From assembly GCA_951406725.2 (NCBI GenBank), contig OX597822.1, forward strand, positions 99,696,001 through 99,760,000: a stretch of DNA of 64,000 bases, given 5' to 3'. A program made the translations under genes and the position numbers. This DNA comes from Octopus vulgaris. Taxonomy: Eukaryota. Under the pieces are notes generated by a model, which was given only the letters and a program-made list of their open reading frames with translations, was not told the origin of the DNA and searched no databases. Positions within the stretch are counted from its first letter, which is position 1. Each line of letters starts with the position of its first letter. Below, piece after piece: positions 1 to 11,070 of the stretch.

Positions 1-47
1 ACACACAAACATACACACACATACACATATATATATGTATATATATG

Positions 48-79
<32 letters not shown>

Positions 80-81
80 CA

Positions 82-440
82 CGGGCTTCTTTCAGTTTCC
101 ATCTGACAGAACTAATTGTTAATTTTCGTACTTACTCTATCGGTCACTTAAACCAAGCTACTAAGTTACACAGATATAAACAAACCAACACTGGTTGTTA
201 AATGGTGCAGGGGAGGGGGGCACAAGCACAAAAATGCGCACACGCAAGCACACACACACACATATATCTATATGATAGTCTTCCACACTTTCCGTTTACC
301 AAATTCACCCACAAGACATTGGTCAGCCTAGTGCTATAATAAAAGACACTTTCCCAAAGTACTATGCAGTGGGACCGAACCACAAATCATGTTACTGTGA
401 AGCAACTTTCTTATCTACATACACAACAATACCTGTGCCT
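82..440 (-). mobile_element. tRNA-derived SINE family A (old copy)
   Basis: Diverged match to the family-A body and head. Confidence 0.7.
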
Positions 441-467
441 AAAAAAAAGAAAGAAAATAAAAATCCA

Positions 468-640
468 GGTAGCTGTGTGGTAAGAAGTTTGTTTCACAAC
501 CACGTAGTTCCAGGTTCAATCCCACTCTGTGGCACCTTGGGTAAATGTCTTCTAATATAGCCTCAGGCTGACCAAAGGCTTGTGAGTGGATTTGGTAGAT
601 GGAAACTGAAAGAAGTCCATCATATATATATGTATATACA

Positions 641-678
<38 letters not shown>

Positions 679-915
679 TGTGTGTGAGTGTGTGTGCTTG
701 TCTTTGTGTTGGTGTTTGTCCTATCACCACTGCTTGACAACTGGTGTTGCTGTGTTTATATCCCCATAACTTAACAGTTTGGCAAAAGAGACTGATAGAC
801 TAAGTACCAGGCTTAGAAAAAATAATATTGGTCAATACATTTCACAGGAAATTCTTCAAGGTGGTGCACCAACATGGCCTGAGCCTAATGATTGAAACAA
901 AAAAGATAAAAGAAA
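468..915 (+). mobile_element. tRNA-derived SINE family A (old copy)
   Basis: Head with GGTTCAATCCC B box, CCTTGGGTAAATGTC, internal (TA)/(TG) microsatellite and TGAAACAA tail. Confidence 0.8.
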
Positions 916-1606
916 CACCTCTGATCAAAGACATTCCACCCATGACCATCCAATCTTTTTCTCAGAAACTGTGCCTGAGCCTACTCAGCACAACATCCAA
1001 TGAGAACTTGTCTTTATCTTTTTTCATAAAGATGGTAGGATAGTAATTTGAGCGAGATTTGGTTGCTATTTCTAGGAAATTGATCGACCACACAGAGGCC
1101 ACGACACTGGCCTGTATTATTGTTGTTGTCTTTGTCGTCATATTCCACATCTAAACATTCATACACCAGCATGTTGGTTTCTACAAATAACGTTTGTCAA
1201 TGTCAGCTGTTTTGATTCCACTTCTACTTGAAGGCAATAGAACATTCATGCACACCACCACCACCACCACCACCACCACCACCACCATCATCACAGTTGG
1301 CAGTCGTATCATCAACATCAACATCATCATCATTGCTATCATCATGGACATCATTTTAACATTTTTTTTTTGTCATACTGATATAAGTTGGATAAGTAAA
1401 TCAAGGGGTATACTATCACTCAGCATGGAGTGGCAAAAGATTCTGTCTTCACATCCTCCTGTGTCTTCTTTTTGCCTTTAGCTATAGGTTGCTCTCTTAT
1501 AGAAAAGTTTTTACATTTTGGCTTAACCTTTCTAGAAATACCAACTAAATCTGCAAATAAACACAACACACACATGGAGGCCAACAGACAGATAGATAGA
1601 TAGAGC

Positions 1607-1638
<32 letters not shown>

Positions 1639-1721
1639 TGAATAGACAGATAGACAAATAGATAAAAAGACCAATAGATTTTTATTATAAATATTCTTAT
1701 ATTTTTATGGTTGTGAATTTG

Positions 1722-2137
1722 TTATTTCTTTATTGCCCACAAGGGACTAAACATAGAGGGGACAAACAAGGTCAGACAAAGGGACTAAGTCGATTACATC
1801 GACCCCAGTGCGTAACTGGTACTTAATTTATCGACCCCGAAAGGATGAAAGGCAAAGTCGACCTTGGCGGAATTTGAACTCAGAACGTAACAGCAGACGG
1901 AATAGTTATTTCTTTTACTACTCACAAGGGGCTAAACACAGAGGGGACAAACAAAGACAGGCAAAGGGATTAAGTCATTTACATCGACCCCAGTGCGTAA
2001 CTGGTACTTAATTTATCGACCCCGAAAGGATGAAAGGCCAAATCGACCTCGGTTGAATTTGAACTCAGAACATAACAGCAGGCGAAATACCGCTAAGCAT
2101 TTCGCCCAGCGTGCTAACGATTCTGCCAGCTCGCCGC
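1722..2137 (-). mobile_element. SINE family B, tandem dimer (tRNA head, MetaSINE-like central domain)
   Basis: Head GGCGGCGAGCTGGCAGAATCG...GAGTTCAAAT and central GCCTTTCATCCTTTCGGGGTCGATAAATTAAGTACC. Flanking direct repeat TTTATGrTTrTGAATTTGT. Confidence 0.85.
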
Positions 2138-2197
2138 CTTTATGATTATGAATTTGTGTTGCAAGATTCCCGATGTAAAGTCGTGTGTGGAAACAGA

Positions 2198-2417
2198 TAT
2201 TGTTGTATTTCAGGAAGGTCATTTTTCTTCTTTTTTTTTTTTGCCAAATGAACACATGCACTAATATATTTGTTCCTCACTCATTTATTACTGTTTATTA
2301 CTGTAATAAATGAGTAAAGAATGAATATACAGCGCACATGTTTAGGAACGACTATATAGTGTGTGTGTTTATTTGACCAAAAAATAAAAAATGACCATCA
2401 TGAAATACAACAATATT
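2198..2417. repeat. Fold-back (inverted-repeat) element
   Basis: ATATTGTTGTATTTCAGGAAGGTCATTTTT... is matched by ...AAAAATGACCATCATGAAATACAACAATAT, with inner arms ACTCATTTATTAC / GTAATAAATGAGT. Confidence 0.75.
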
Positions 2418-2419
2418 CT

Positions 2420-2680
2420 TTATATTATTTACATTATTTATATTTAACGGATATTTGTCCTCATTTTGTTCATTGTTAACACAACGTTTCGGCTGATATA
2501 CCCTCCAGCCTTCATCAGGGGTCTTGGGGAAATTTCGAACCTGGGTTCTCATTCTTAAGGTATTTTTCGATGTTATTATTATTATCACAGCCTGGAATTG
2601 AACTCAGAATCTTGGGGTTAGTAACCCGTGCTCTTAACCACTATGCCATATGCCCATGGGCATATGGCATAGTGATTAAG
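2420..2680 (-). mobile_element. tRNA-headed SINE-like element carrying a hammerhead motif and an inverted 5' duplication
   Basis: Minus-strand head GGGCATATGGCATAGTGGTTAAGAGC...GAGTTCAATTCC (A and B boxes, 2590-2655), then (ATA)n, the hammerhead at 2478-2523 and an AT-rich tail. Palindrome at 2633-2680. Confidence 0.7.
2478..2523 (-). ncRNA. Minimal hammerhead ribozyme-like motif (Penelope-type)
   Basis: Minus strand GACCC-CTGATGA-A-GGCTG-GAGGGTATAT-CAGCC-GAA-ACGT-T-GTGTT: canonical core, 5-bp stem II, ACGT palindrome as stem III, stem I 4/5 paired. Confidence 0.7.
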
Positions 2681-3748
2681 AGGCCTATGCAAAGTTGCAG
2701 AAAATGTATGGAGAGGAGTGTATGTGCCGTGTACATATGATTCAGATATTTCCAAGATGGCTGAAAAAAAGTTGATATAGACAAACGTTCTGGGAGACCC
2801 GCAACTGGTAGAACTGAGGAAAACATCACAGATGCGCATGCAGCTGTGAGGAGAAATCGTTGAATCACCACCTGTGAGTTATCAGAGGATGTGCAGATTA
2901 GTTATGGTTCAGTTCAGTTCATTATCACTGCAGATTTAGGTATGAGATGCGTGTATGTCAAATTTATGCCAAAACTGCTTTCAGCTGACCAGAAAGACAC
3001 TCAGGTTTCAGTTGCACAAGATGATCTTGATTACTCTTTTACTCTTTACTCTTTTACTTGTTTCAGTCATTTGACTGCGGCCATGCTGGAGCACCGCCTT
3101 TAGTCGAGCAAATCGACCCCAGGACTTATTCTTTGTAAGCCCAGTACTTATTCTATCGGTCTCTTTTGCCAAACTGCTAAGTGACGGGGACGTAAACACA
3201 CCAGCATCGGTTGTCAAGCAATGCTAGGGGGACAAACACAGACACACAAACATATACACACTTATATATATATATATATATACACATATATACGACAGGC
3301 TTCTTTCAGTTTCCGTCTACCAAATCCACTCACAAGGCATTGGTCAGCCCGGGGCTATAGCAGAAGACACTTGCCCAAGATGCCACGCAGTGGGACTGAA
3401 CCCGGAACCATGTGGTTGGTTAGCAAGCTACTTACCACAAAGCCACTCCTGATTGTGTAGAGAATGTTGAAAACTTTTCGGAAACTTTGTGTAGGCCTCT
3501 GAGCAGGTATTGCCAAGCTTTTGGCAAAATTTGAAGCAGATTCTCTGCTCAGTTTCCTCTGTCATGGTCAAAGCAATGATCACACGCTACACACGTTCCT
3601 TCGAAGCACTGCTGTAAACAGCAGAAGTGAAACTTAGTGCACATACACAGCAGAGTGCAAGGACAATCTGTGCCAAGCAGCTTCACTCTCTGTGCTTTAG
3701 CATCGTTACTAAGGCAACAGTCTGGATACTTATTGATCAGACCACATA
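2680..3748 (+). mobile_element. Degenerate mariner element (N-terminal transposase remnant plus inverted 5' end), interrupted by a SINE
   Basis: Translation reads ...DKRSGRPATGRTEENI...ELSEDVQISYGSVQFIITADLGMRCVYVKFMPKLLSADQK (HTH region plus a WVPHEL-equivalent motif) with stops. 3476-3560 encodes TEQRICFKFCQKLG on the minus strand. Mariner-type TIR CAGTCTGGATACTTATTGATCAGACCACA-TA. Confidence 0.8.
3033..3449 (-). mobile_element. tRNA-derived SINE family A
   Basis: Full-length copy inside the mariner element, with a TGATT duplication at both ends. Confidence 0.9.
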
Positions 3749-3977
3749 TATATATCTATATATATAGACAACTAGATATATGCTACCAAAATATTTGGTG
3801 AGGTATCACCAGGAAAATGTTTGGTAGAATATCACCTGAATGGTTTGTAATAATATGAACTTAGAACTTACATAATGTTACTCATTAAGTTGTGCAATTA
3901 TACTTGTTTTTGGAATGACCATGCTATTAAATTATGTACAGATGCCCTGAAATATCTATTCATTTTGTTCTTATTTA

Positions 3978-4023
<46 letters not shown>

Positions 4024-4027
<4 letters not shown>

Positions 4028-4304
4028 AATTGCAGCGTGGAAGATGTTTGTAAGCCATTTAAGAAACACACAAAAGCCGTTCGATTCACTTCACCATTTA
4101 AGTTTAATTTGTCAAAATATTTTTGTCGCTAAAATCCACGACCTGTTCACTGACAAAAATCCGTGCTGCATCTGTCAGTGAACAGGTCGCGGATTTTACC
4201 GACGAAAATATTTTGAAAAATTAAACTTAAATGTTGAAGTGAATCGAACGGCTTTTGTGTGTTTCTTAAATGGCTTACAAACACCTTCCACGCTGCAATT
4301 GTTT
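4024..4304. mobile_element. Fold-back element (~132-bp arms, 17-nt loop), probably Penelope-like-derived, between (TA)n runs
   Basis: 4024-4155 is a near-perfect reverse complement of 4173-4304. (TA)n runs lie at 3980-4023 and 4359-4414. Confidence 0.85.
4173..4218 (+). ncRNA. Hammerhead-like motif with G3-C8 core swap, in the right arm of a fold-back (mirror copy at 4110-4155, minus)
   Basis: Two-arm consensus TGTCA-GTGAACA-G-GTCGC-GGATTTTA-GCGAC-GAA-AATATT-T-TGACA has stem I, stem II and a palindromic stem III. The left copy has G12A; the right copy has single stem mismatches. Confidence 0.55.
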
Positions 4305-4355
4305 TCGTTTCAGCACACGATCTCAGATCAAATCACTTGCTATGCGAGTACATCT

Positions 4356-4415
<60 letters not shown>

Positions 4416-4970
4416 CACATATACATATATATATATATACAAGAAATTGTAGGTTCACTGGGCATATATGTATGTGGAGTGTCTAAGTTCTGTAGTTTCT
4501 TTCAAAGAAGTGCCATCAGTCAATGACATTTAGTTTTTACAGATACCAAATGTAAGAACTGTTGTTATTCCAATGCAATTTCTTTTGTAGTAAACAGCGG
4601 GATTGGTATGATTAAAGAAAAAGACAAATGACCAAGTTTTATCAAACACAAAAGTATGTATAAAGTTCATTCCAGTCAAGAACTGGAATATTGCAGGCTT
4701 CTTTTTGGTTTTGGAATTTCGAAGGAAAGAGCATGAAGAATGAGCTGAATCATAATTCTTTTTTTCTTTTCATTCAGGTCATCGCTGTAGGATTAAGAAA
4801 GTCAGTGTGCATATTTTGATTGAGAACACATAAAAACATGTAGGAGTATGTAACATATGCACACTAACTTTCGTGTAGTGATGCCTTGAAAATATCGATT
4901 CATTTTCTTATTCACTAAATATATGTGTGTGTATAAATATACATAAATGTGTGTGTGTGTGTTTTTATAT

Positions 4971-5268
4971 ATATAAAATATAAATTAGAGATAAAACCAC
5001 TATTATGCAACTCAAACAGTGATATACATAAACCAATACATAAATAACCGTTATATAAATATATATATAATTTTTTTTAAATAATTTTTTTTAAAATTTA
5101 TAACTTATAACTAGATCGCAAAAAGTATAAAATGAATGCTAAAAATATTATGTAATATGTAAAAAAAAATTTATATATATTCATATATTGGTTATTTATG
5201 TATTGGTTTATGTATATTACTGTTTGAGTTGTATAATAGTGGTTTTATCTCTAATTTATATTTTATAT
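4971..5268. repeat. Fold-back element (~108-bp arms, ~80-nt spacer)
   Basis: ATAAATTAGAGATAAAACCACTATTATGCAACTCAAACAG... is matched by ...CTGTTTGAGTTGTATAATAGTGGTTTTATCTCTAATTTAT. The same terminal motif recurs near 10955-10978. Confidence 0.8.
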
Positions 5269-5336
5269 CTTTATACTATGAAATTTGATTTAATACTAAA
5301 TTGAATTTTCCGCTGTAAGTTTGGAGTTTTACTCCC

Positions 5337-5413
<77 letters not shown>

Positions 5414-6334
5414 GAGAAATTGTGAGTTCATTGGGTATGTAGGAGATATACATGAATGATTTGTAATCAAGGATGAAAACCTTAGCCATCTTGTTCGTTG
5501 CCATTGTTCTCAGGATGGACACTTAACATCAATCATCTCAAATTAAAAAGAAGTGGCATCGAGATAAGCCTATTTAAATTTAAATTCAGTGACCTAATTC
5601 AGATTTAACACAGGTATATATTCTTGATGATACTGGTAAAAAGCAGTTCCTTCTATGACTTTCTAACAGTTTATTTCTGTCATCTATATTAGCAGCTTTG
5701 CTGAGACTTAGTTTTCACACACACACACACACTTCTTTCATGCAAGCCTTGCAGCCTTTGCACCTTTTACGTCCTTCCGTCCACTCACTTAGTGGCGAAG
5801 CATACAGTCATTCACAGTACAAACTTTTGCGTTGTTTTTCCAATTTGACTTGGTTGCCATAGTACAACTTAATACAACTGAACATATGAAGACTATCTTT
5901 CATCAATTCATTTCAATACATCCAGAAATTATTAACTTGTGACATATCACTTGTGATGTCTCACTTGTCACATCTAACTTGTCACAAATATAAGGAAATT
6001 ATCACACTAGAATTGTGGTATATGATCATTTCCAGATCTCAGGTGGAGAAAATATACATGTGAGTTGCTGAAATGGAGGAAACTGTAACTTTTGATACCA
6101 CAAAACGTTCTCAAGACACAAAAAAACAAGAAGAGGTAAAATATGAAAATTACAAATTATAAAATTCGTAGGAACAGGAATGGTTGAGTGGTAAGGAGTT
6201 ACACCATTCCAGGTTCAGTCTCATTGACTGGTTTCATGCTTGATTTTCAAATGAGTATAGTATAAGGAGTTGTGACTCAAATTGTATAAACACAATATGA
6301 TGATGATATATGTACATAGGCGTATGTATAAATA

Positions 6335-6738
6335 GGTGTAGGAGTGGCTGAGTTGTAGGTAGCTTGCTTATGAACCACATGGTTCCGGGTTTAGTCCCAC
6401 TGTGTGGCACCTTGGGCAAGTATCTTCAACTATAGCCTCGGGCCGACCAAAGCCTTGAGAGTGGATCTGGTATATGGAAACTGAAGGAAGCCCGTTGTAT
6501 ATATGTATATATACATATGTATGTGTGTGTGTGTATGTTTGTGTGTCTGTGTTTGTCCCCCCAACATTGCTTGACAACCGATGCTGGTGTGTTTATATCC
6601 CCATAACTTAGCAGTTCAGAAAAAGAGACTAATAGAATAAGTACTAGGCTTCCAAAGAATAAGTCCTGGGGTCTATTTGCTCAACTAAAGGCGGTGCTCC
6701 AGCATGGCCACAGTCAAATGACTGAAACAAGTAAAAGA
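6335..6738 (+). mobile_element. tRNA-derived SINE family A
   Basis: GGTGTAGGAGTGGCTG...GACTGAAACAAGTAAAAGA, full length. Confidence 0.9.
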
Positions 6739-7160
6739 ATATATATATGTATGTATTTGCATGCACATGCATGTGTGTTACTGTTTCTTTGTCTTGATAT
6801 TGCATGTAAACATATCTGGTTACAGGGAAATATTACCTTGCTTGGAGACAGGTGAGGGTTGGTGACAGGAAGGGGATCCAACCAAAGGAAATCCCCCTCA
6901 AATTCCATTTAACCCATGTTGACATGAAAAAATGGACATCAGTTGATGACGATTATGATGATTGAAGATGATATTCTGGTAAGCAGGTCCATTTTGATAA
7001 CCAATAAACAAAAAGTCCAATTAACGACTACGAAGAAAATCTTTTGATAATTTCCTAAATGCTTGCAGTAATGAAAAGCTACCATAATTTCTATAAACAG
7101 TATGTGGTTTATGAGCAAGCTGTAGTAATTAGTTATGGATTGAAAGTTAATATAACTTAA

Positions 7161-7201
<41 letters not shown>

Positions 7202-7720
7202 TATATTCTATATCATATATATTATATGTATATACATATTATGTATATATGTTATATATATTTATATCTGTATATATATGTGTGTGTATATATATGCTTG
7301 TGTTATGTGTGTGTACAAATGTGCATGTGTATACATATACATATATGTAGGCACAAACATACATACACACACATACGCAGAGTGAAAATGCTCTCTCTAT
7401 ATACCTTATCTAATAAAATCCAAGAGTCAAATAATTTTGCATTTTTAAGTGTCGGAATAGTTGTTAGCCGATGTCTTATGTAATTAAACCTAGTCAGATG
7501 TATTCAAATTTTAATATTCTTCATTTGTAACTTATTAAAATTACACGTTATACCTCTACTTGATGTATGATGTACAAATAAATTTAATTAATTTTCTATT
7601 ACAGGAAGTGTGTTATGACTGTTCATATTATTAGTGTGTATCTATGTGTGTGTGTGTGTGTGTGCATATATGTGTACACACATATACATACATTGTATAC
7701 ATGTGTGTATATATATATAT

Positions 7721-7755
<35 letters not shown>

Positions 7756-7771
7756 TATATATATAGAGAGA

Positions 7772-8040
7772 TTTGGCCTCCGTGCCAGTGGCACCTAAAA
7801 TACACCAATCCAACCGTGGTCGTTTGCCAGCTCCGTCTGGCACCTGTGCGGGTGGCACGTAAAAAGCACCCACTACACTCACAGAGTGGTTGGCGTTAGG
7901 AAGGGCATCCAGCTGTAGAAACATTGCCAGATAAGACTGGAGCCTGGTGCAGCCTTCTGGCTTCCCAGATCGCCGGTCGAACCGTCCAACCCATGCTAGC
8001 ATGGAGAACGGACGTTAAACAATGATGATGATGATGATGA

Positions 8041-8042
<2 letters not shown>
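7772..8042 (+). mobile_element. RTE-type 3' end / partner SINE with (GAT)n tail
   Basis: GGTTGGCGTTAGGAAGGGCATCCAGCTGTAGAAAC...CATGCTAGCATGG...GTTAAAC(GAT)n. An inverted tail follows at 8075-8130. Confidence 0.8.
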
Positions 8043-8076
<34 letters not shown>

Positions 8077-8399
8077 ATCATCATCATCATCATCGTTTAA
8101 CATCCGCTTTCCATGCTAGCATGGGTTGGACATATGTGTGTGTGTATATATACACACACATGCATACCCATCTCCTCCACACACAAACATAAACATGCAT
8201 ACCTGAACAAACATACAAATGGCTTCTCGCAGGTTTTTGTCTAGCAAATTTCTTCACACAGGAAAGGGTGAACTGAACTATCATCAAAGACACTTACTCA
8301 TGACTGCAGTAGAAGTGAACTTGAAATGTGGATGGAAAATAAACTTGTTAATCATAAAACCATATGTTTGTACATATGTATATATGTATTTATATATGG

Positions 8400-8698
8400 G
8401 AGACCCCCTTCGGTCATGAATGACCATGGGATTGCACCTAGAAAGTTACCCCCCCCGAGGTACAAGTCTGGGCATGGTTGTTTATGGAAGGCCAGCAGTC
8501 GCCCATGCATACCAACCTCCCCTAGGCTGATACAGCTTGGCACAAGTGATGTCGCAACTCATTTCTACAGCTGAATGAACTGGAGCAACGTGAAATAAAG
8601 TGTCTTGCTCAAGAACACAATACACAGCCCAGTCCAGGAATCGAACTCACAGCCTCACGATCATAAGCTCGACGACCTAACCACTGAGCCATGTGCCG
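8400..8698 (-). mobile_element. SINE family C (tRNA head, CORE-like TTGAGCAAGACACTT)
   Basis: Homologous to 22222-22555. Confidence 0.8.
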
Positions 8699-9323
8699 TC
8701 ACATATTTATATATACACACATATATATATATATATATATACACATACATGCACACACACACACACATAAATATATATATATACATAAATATTTATATAT
8801 ATATACACATATATATACAAACATACATTCACATAATATATATATGTGTGTGCATGTGTGTGTGTGTGTGTGTATACTATATTTGCCAGCATATAAGATT
8901 CCTATTTTCCCAGAATATTTTAAAGAAAAAAACAAATTTTGTATGTTTCATTGAACACTAATTGAAAGCAATTTCAAAATGGGTTTGTAGGGAAACATTT
9001 AGTATTTTGTGCATGCAATGACAATATACTGGAATGATGTATGAAACCATAAATTTATTGTATATAAACTACATTAAACAAATACCATATTTCAATTTTA
9101 CCTTCCTCGAGATCAACTGTATAGGTTTTTTTATATTTTGGTCAAAGATTTGCCAGACAGGATGTAAAACTTGTATTTTGGGCCACGGGATTTTGTGTTA
9201 CCATAATCAACCACTTGTTTGATGCGCCACTGCTATGATTTTGTTGTCATCCACTCATTTGCAAATAACTAACAGGTGGATGAAAGTTTAACATTCCTTT
9301 CATCTATCTAAGAGAATCTGCAT

Positions 9324-9552
9324 TTAATCCTTTAGCGTTTAGATTATTCAACCAAATGTAATACTTATCAAATTCACATTGCTTTGCATTAATCATATAT
9401 TATCTTGTAGCTCTGAGATTTCAGAAGTATGATTGTTTGTTTTTAGACTGACATTGTAGGGTAAGAGTAAGAGGCCAAATCTAGCTAGTCTAAACATAAA
9501 ATGGGTAGAATATTAGGATCTGATATGGCCGGTTTGAATGCTAAAGGATTAA
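9324..9552. mobile_element. piggyBac-type MITE, family 2
   Basis: TTAA-TCCTTTAGC...GCTAAAGGA-TTAA; homologous to 45187-45415 and 59802-60030. Confidence 0.75.
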
Positions 9553-10100
9553 ATAATTTTTTAAATATTTCTTAAAGGTAATACAGTCATTAAATAATGT
9601 AAGACAAATGTATGGTGTGGGTTATGTATGCTGGGGAAGGAGGAATAAGACTTCTCCATATAACTGCTGATGTACTTTAAGGAAGTTTTTTTATAAATTT
9701 GGGCTAAGAAACTGTGATGGTTTAACATGTTTTCAATATGCTATTATTGAAAAGAATTATTGTGCATAGTGAACTAATGCTTATCTGGCTCCCTAACCTA
9801 CAACACTTGACCTCCCATCTATAATACAACTGCAGTGATGCAGGGCAACTCTTTTGATACATTTAAAAATATAAATAGAACGTCTTATATATTATATATT
9901 AGCATATTCCATTTTCAGTCTTTTATTTGCTGTATATATATATATATATAAATAGATGAGTGTATTTTACCTTGTTAACAATTAACACGGAAAAAATAAA
10001 TAAATAGTTACAAGGGTAGCAAAAATCTCACAAGTAAAGATGTTGTAACTCCTTGTTTATAAAGGTAGAAACTTTGTGTTTATGTTGAATATTTTGAATA

Positions 10101-10357
10101 ATATATGAATAAATAAATGGAGTTTAACGCAGGTGTAATCAAATATTTTTACTTTCGACACATGTTTCGAAAATTCCACTGATACTATTCAAAAGAATAA
10201 ATGGTATAAACAATGCAATCTTCTCCTCAGGAGAAAAAGATTGCATTGTTTATACCATTTATTCTTTTGAATAGTATCAGTGGAATTTTCAAAACATGTG
10301 GCGAAAGTAAAATATTTGATTACACCTGCATTAAAACTCCATTTATTTATTTATTTA

Positions 10358-10366
<9 letters not shown>
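10101..10366. mobile_element. Fold-back element (~120-bp arms, ~14-nt loop), Penelope-like-derived
   Basis: 10101-10222 is a near-perfect reverse complement of 10237-10366. It ends in (TA)n and contains a hammerhead-like core. Confidence 0.85.
10152..10235 (-). ncRNA. Hammerhead-like motif with long stem-II loop, in the left arm of a fold-back
   Basis: Minus strand TTCTC-CTGAGGA-GAAGATT-(~40 nt)-AATTTTC-GAA-ACATGTGT-C-GAAAG: canonical CUGAGGA and GAAAC, GUC triplet, imperfect stem I. Confidence 0.5.
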
Positions 10367-10400
<34 letters not shown>

Positions 10401-10403
<3 letters not shown>

Positions 10404-10612
10404 CGATGCCAGCCTCCCCTGGCACCTGTGCCGGTGGCACGTAAAAGGCACCCACTACACTCACGGAGTGGTTGGTGTTAGGAAGGGCATCCAGCTGTAG
10501 AAACACTGCCAGATCAGACTGGAGGCTTGTGCAGCCTCCTGGCTTCCCAAACCCCGGTTGAACCATCCAACCCGTGCTAGCATGGAAAATGGACGTATGA
10601 TGGTGATGATGA
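10401..10612 (+). mobile_element. RTE-type 3' end with (GAT)n tail
   Basis: Same family as 7772-8042. Confidence 0.8.
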
Positions 10613-10973
10613 TATATATATATGCACACACACACACACACAAACTAACACACTCACACTGATACAATTTTCAATATAAATAAATACACACATAAATTAA
10701 TGTTTAATAAACATTATTTTTATGTGTATTTATTTATATTGATAATTATAACATGCTTTGCACATTTCTGACAAAGTTGTGCTTTGAGCAGACTGTGTGT
10801 TTAGAACCATTAAATAATATATATGTATGTATATATATATATATATACTCATTATCTTTTATTAAGCTTTTAATACTTTTGATATATATTTAAAATAATA
10901 TAAATTAATTAATTTTATGTATTGGCTTAAGTTTTTCATTGTTTGATTTGCCTAATAGTGGTTTTATCTCTAA

Positions 10974-11019
<46 letters not shown>

Positions 11020-11039
11020 GCACACATAGATACAAATAA

Positions 11040-11070
<31 letters not shown>

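Noticed and set aside
5853-5868. RFX X-box-like GTTGCCATAGTACAAC and a nearby GTGAGT donor on the minus strand
   Set aside because: Imperfect half-site, and the candidate exon 5789-5878 has stops in all frames.
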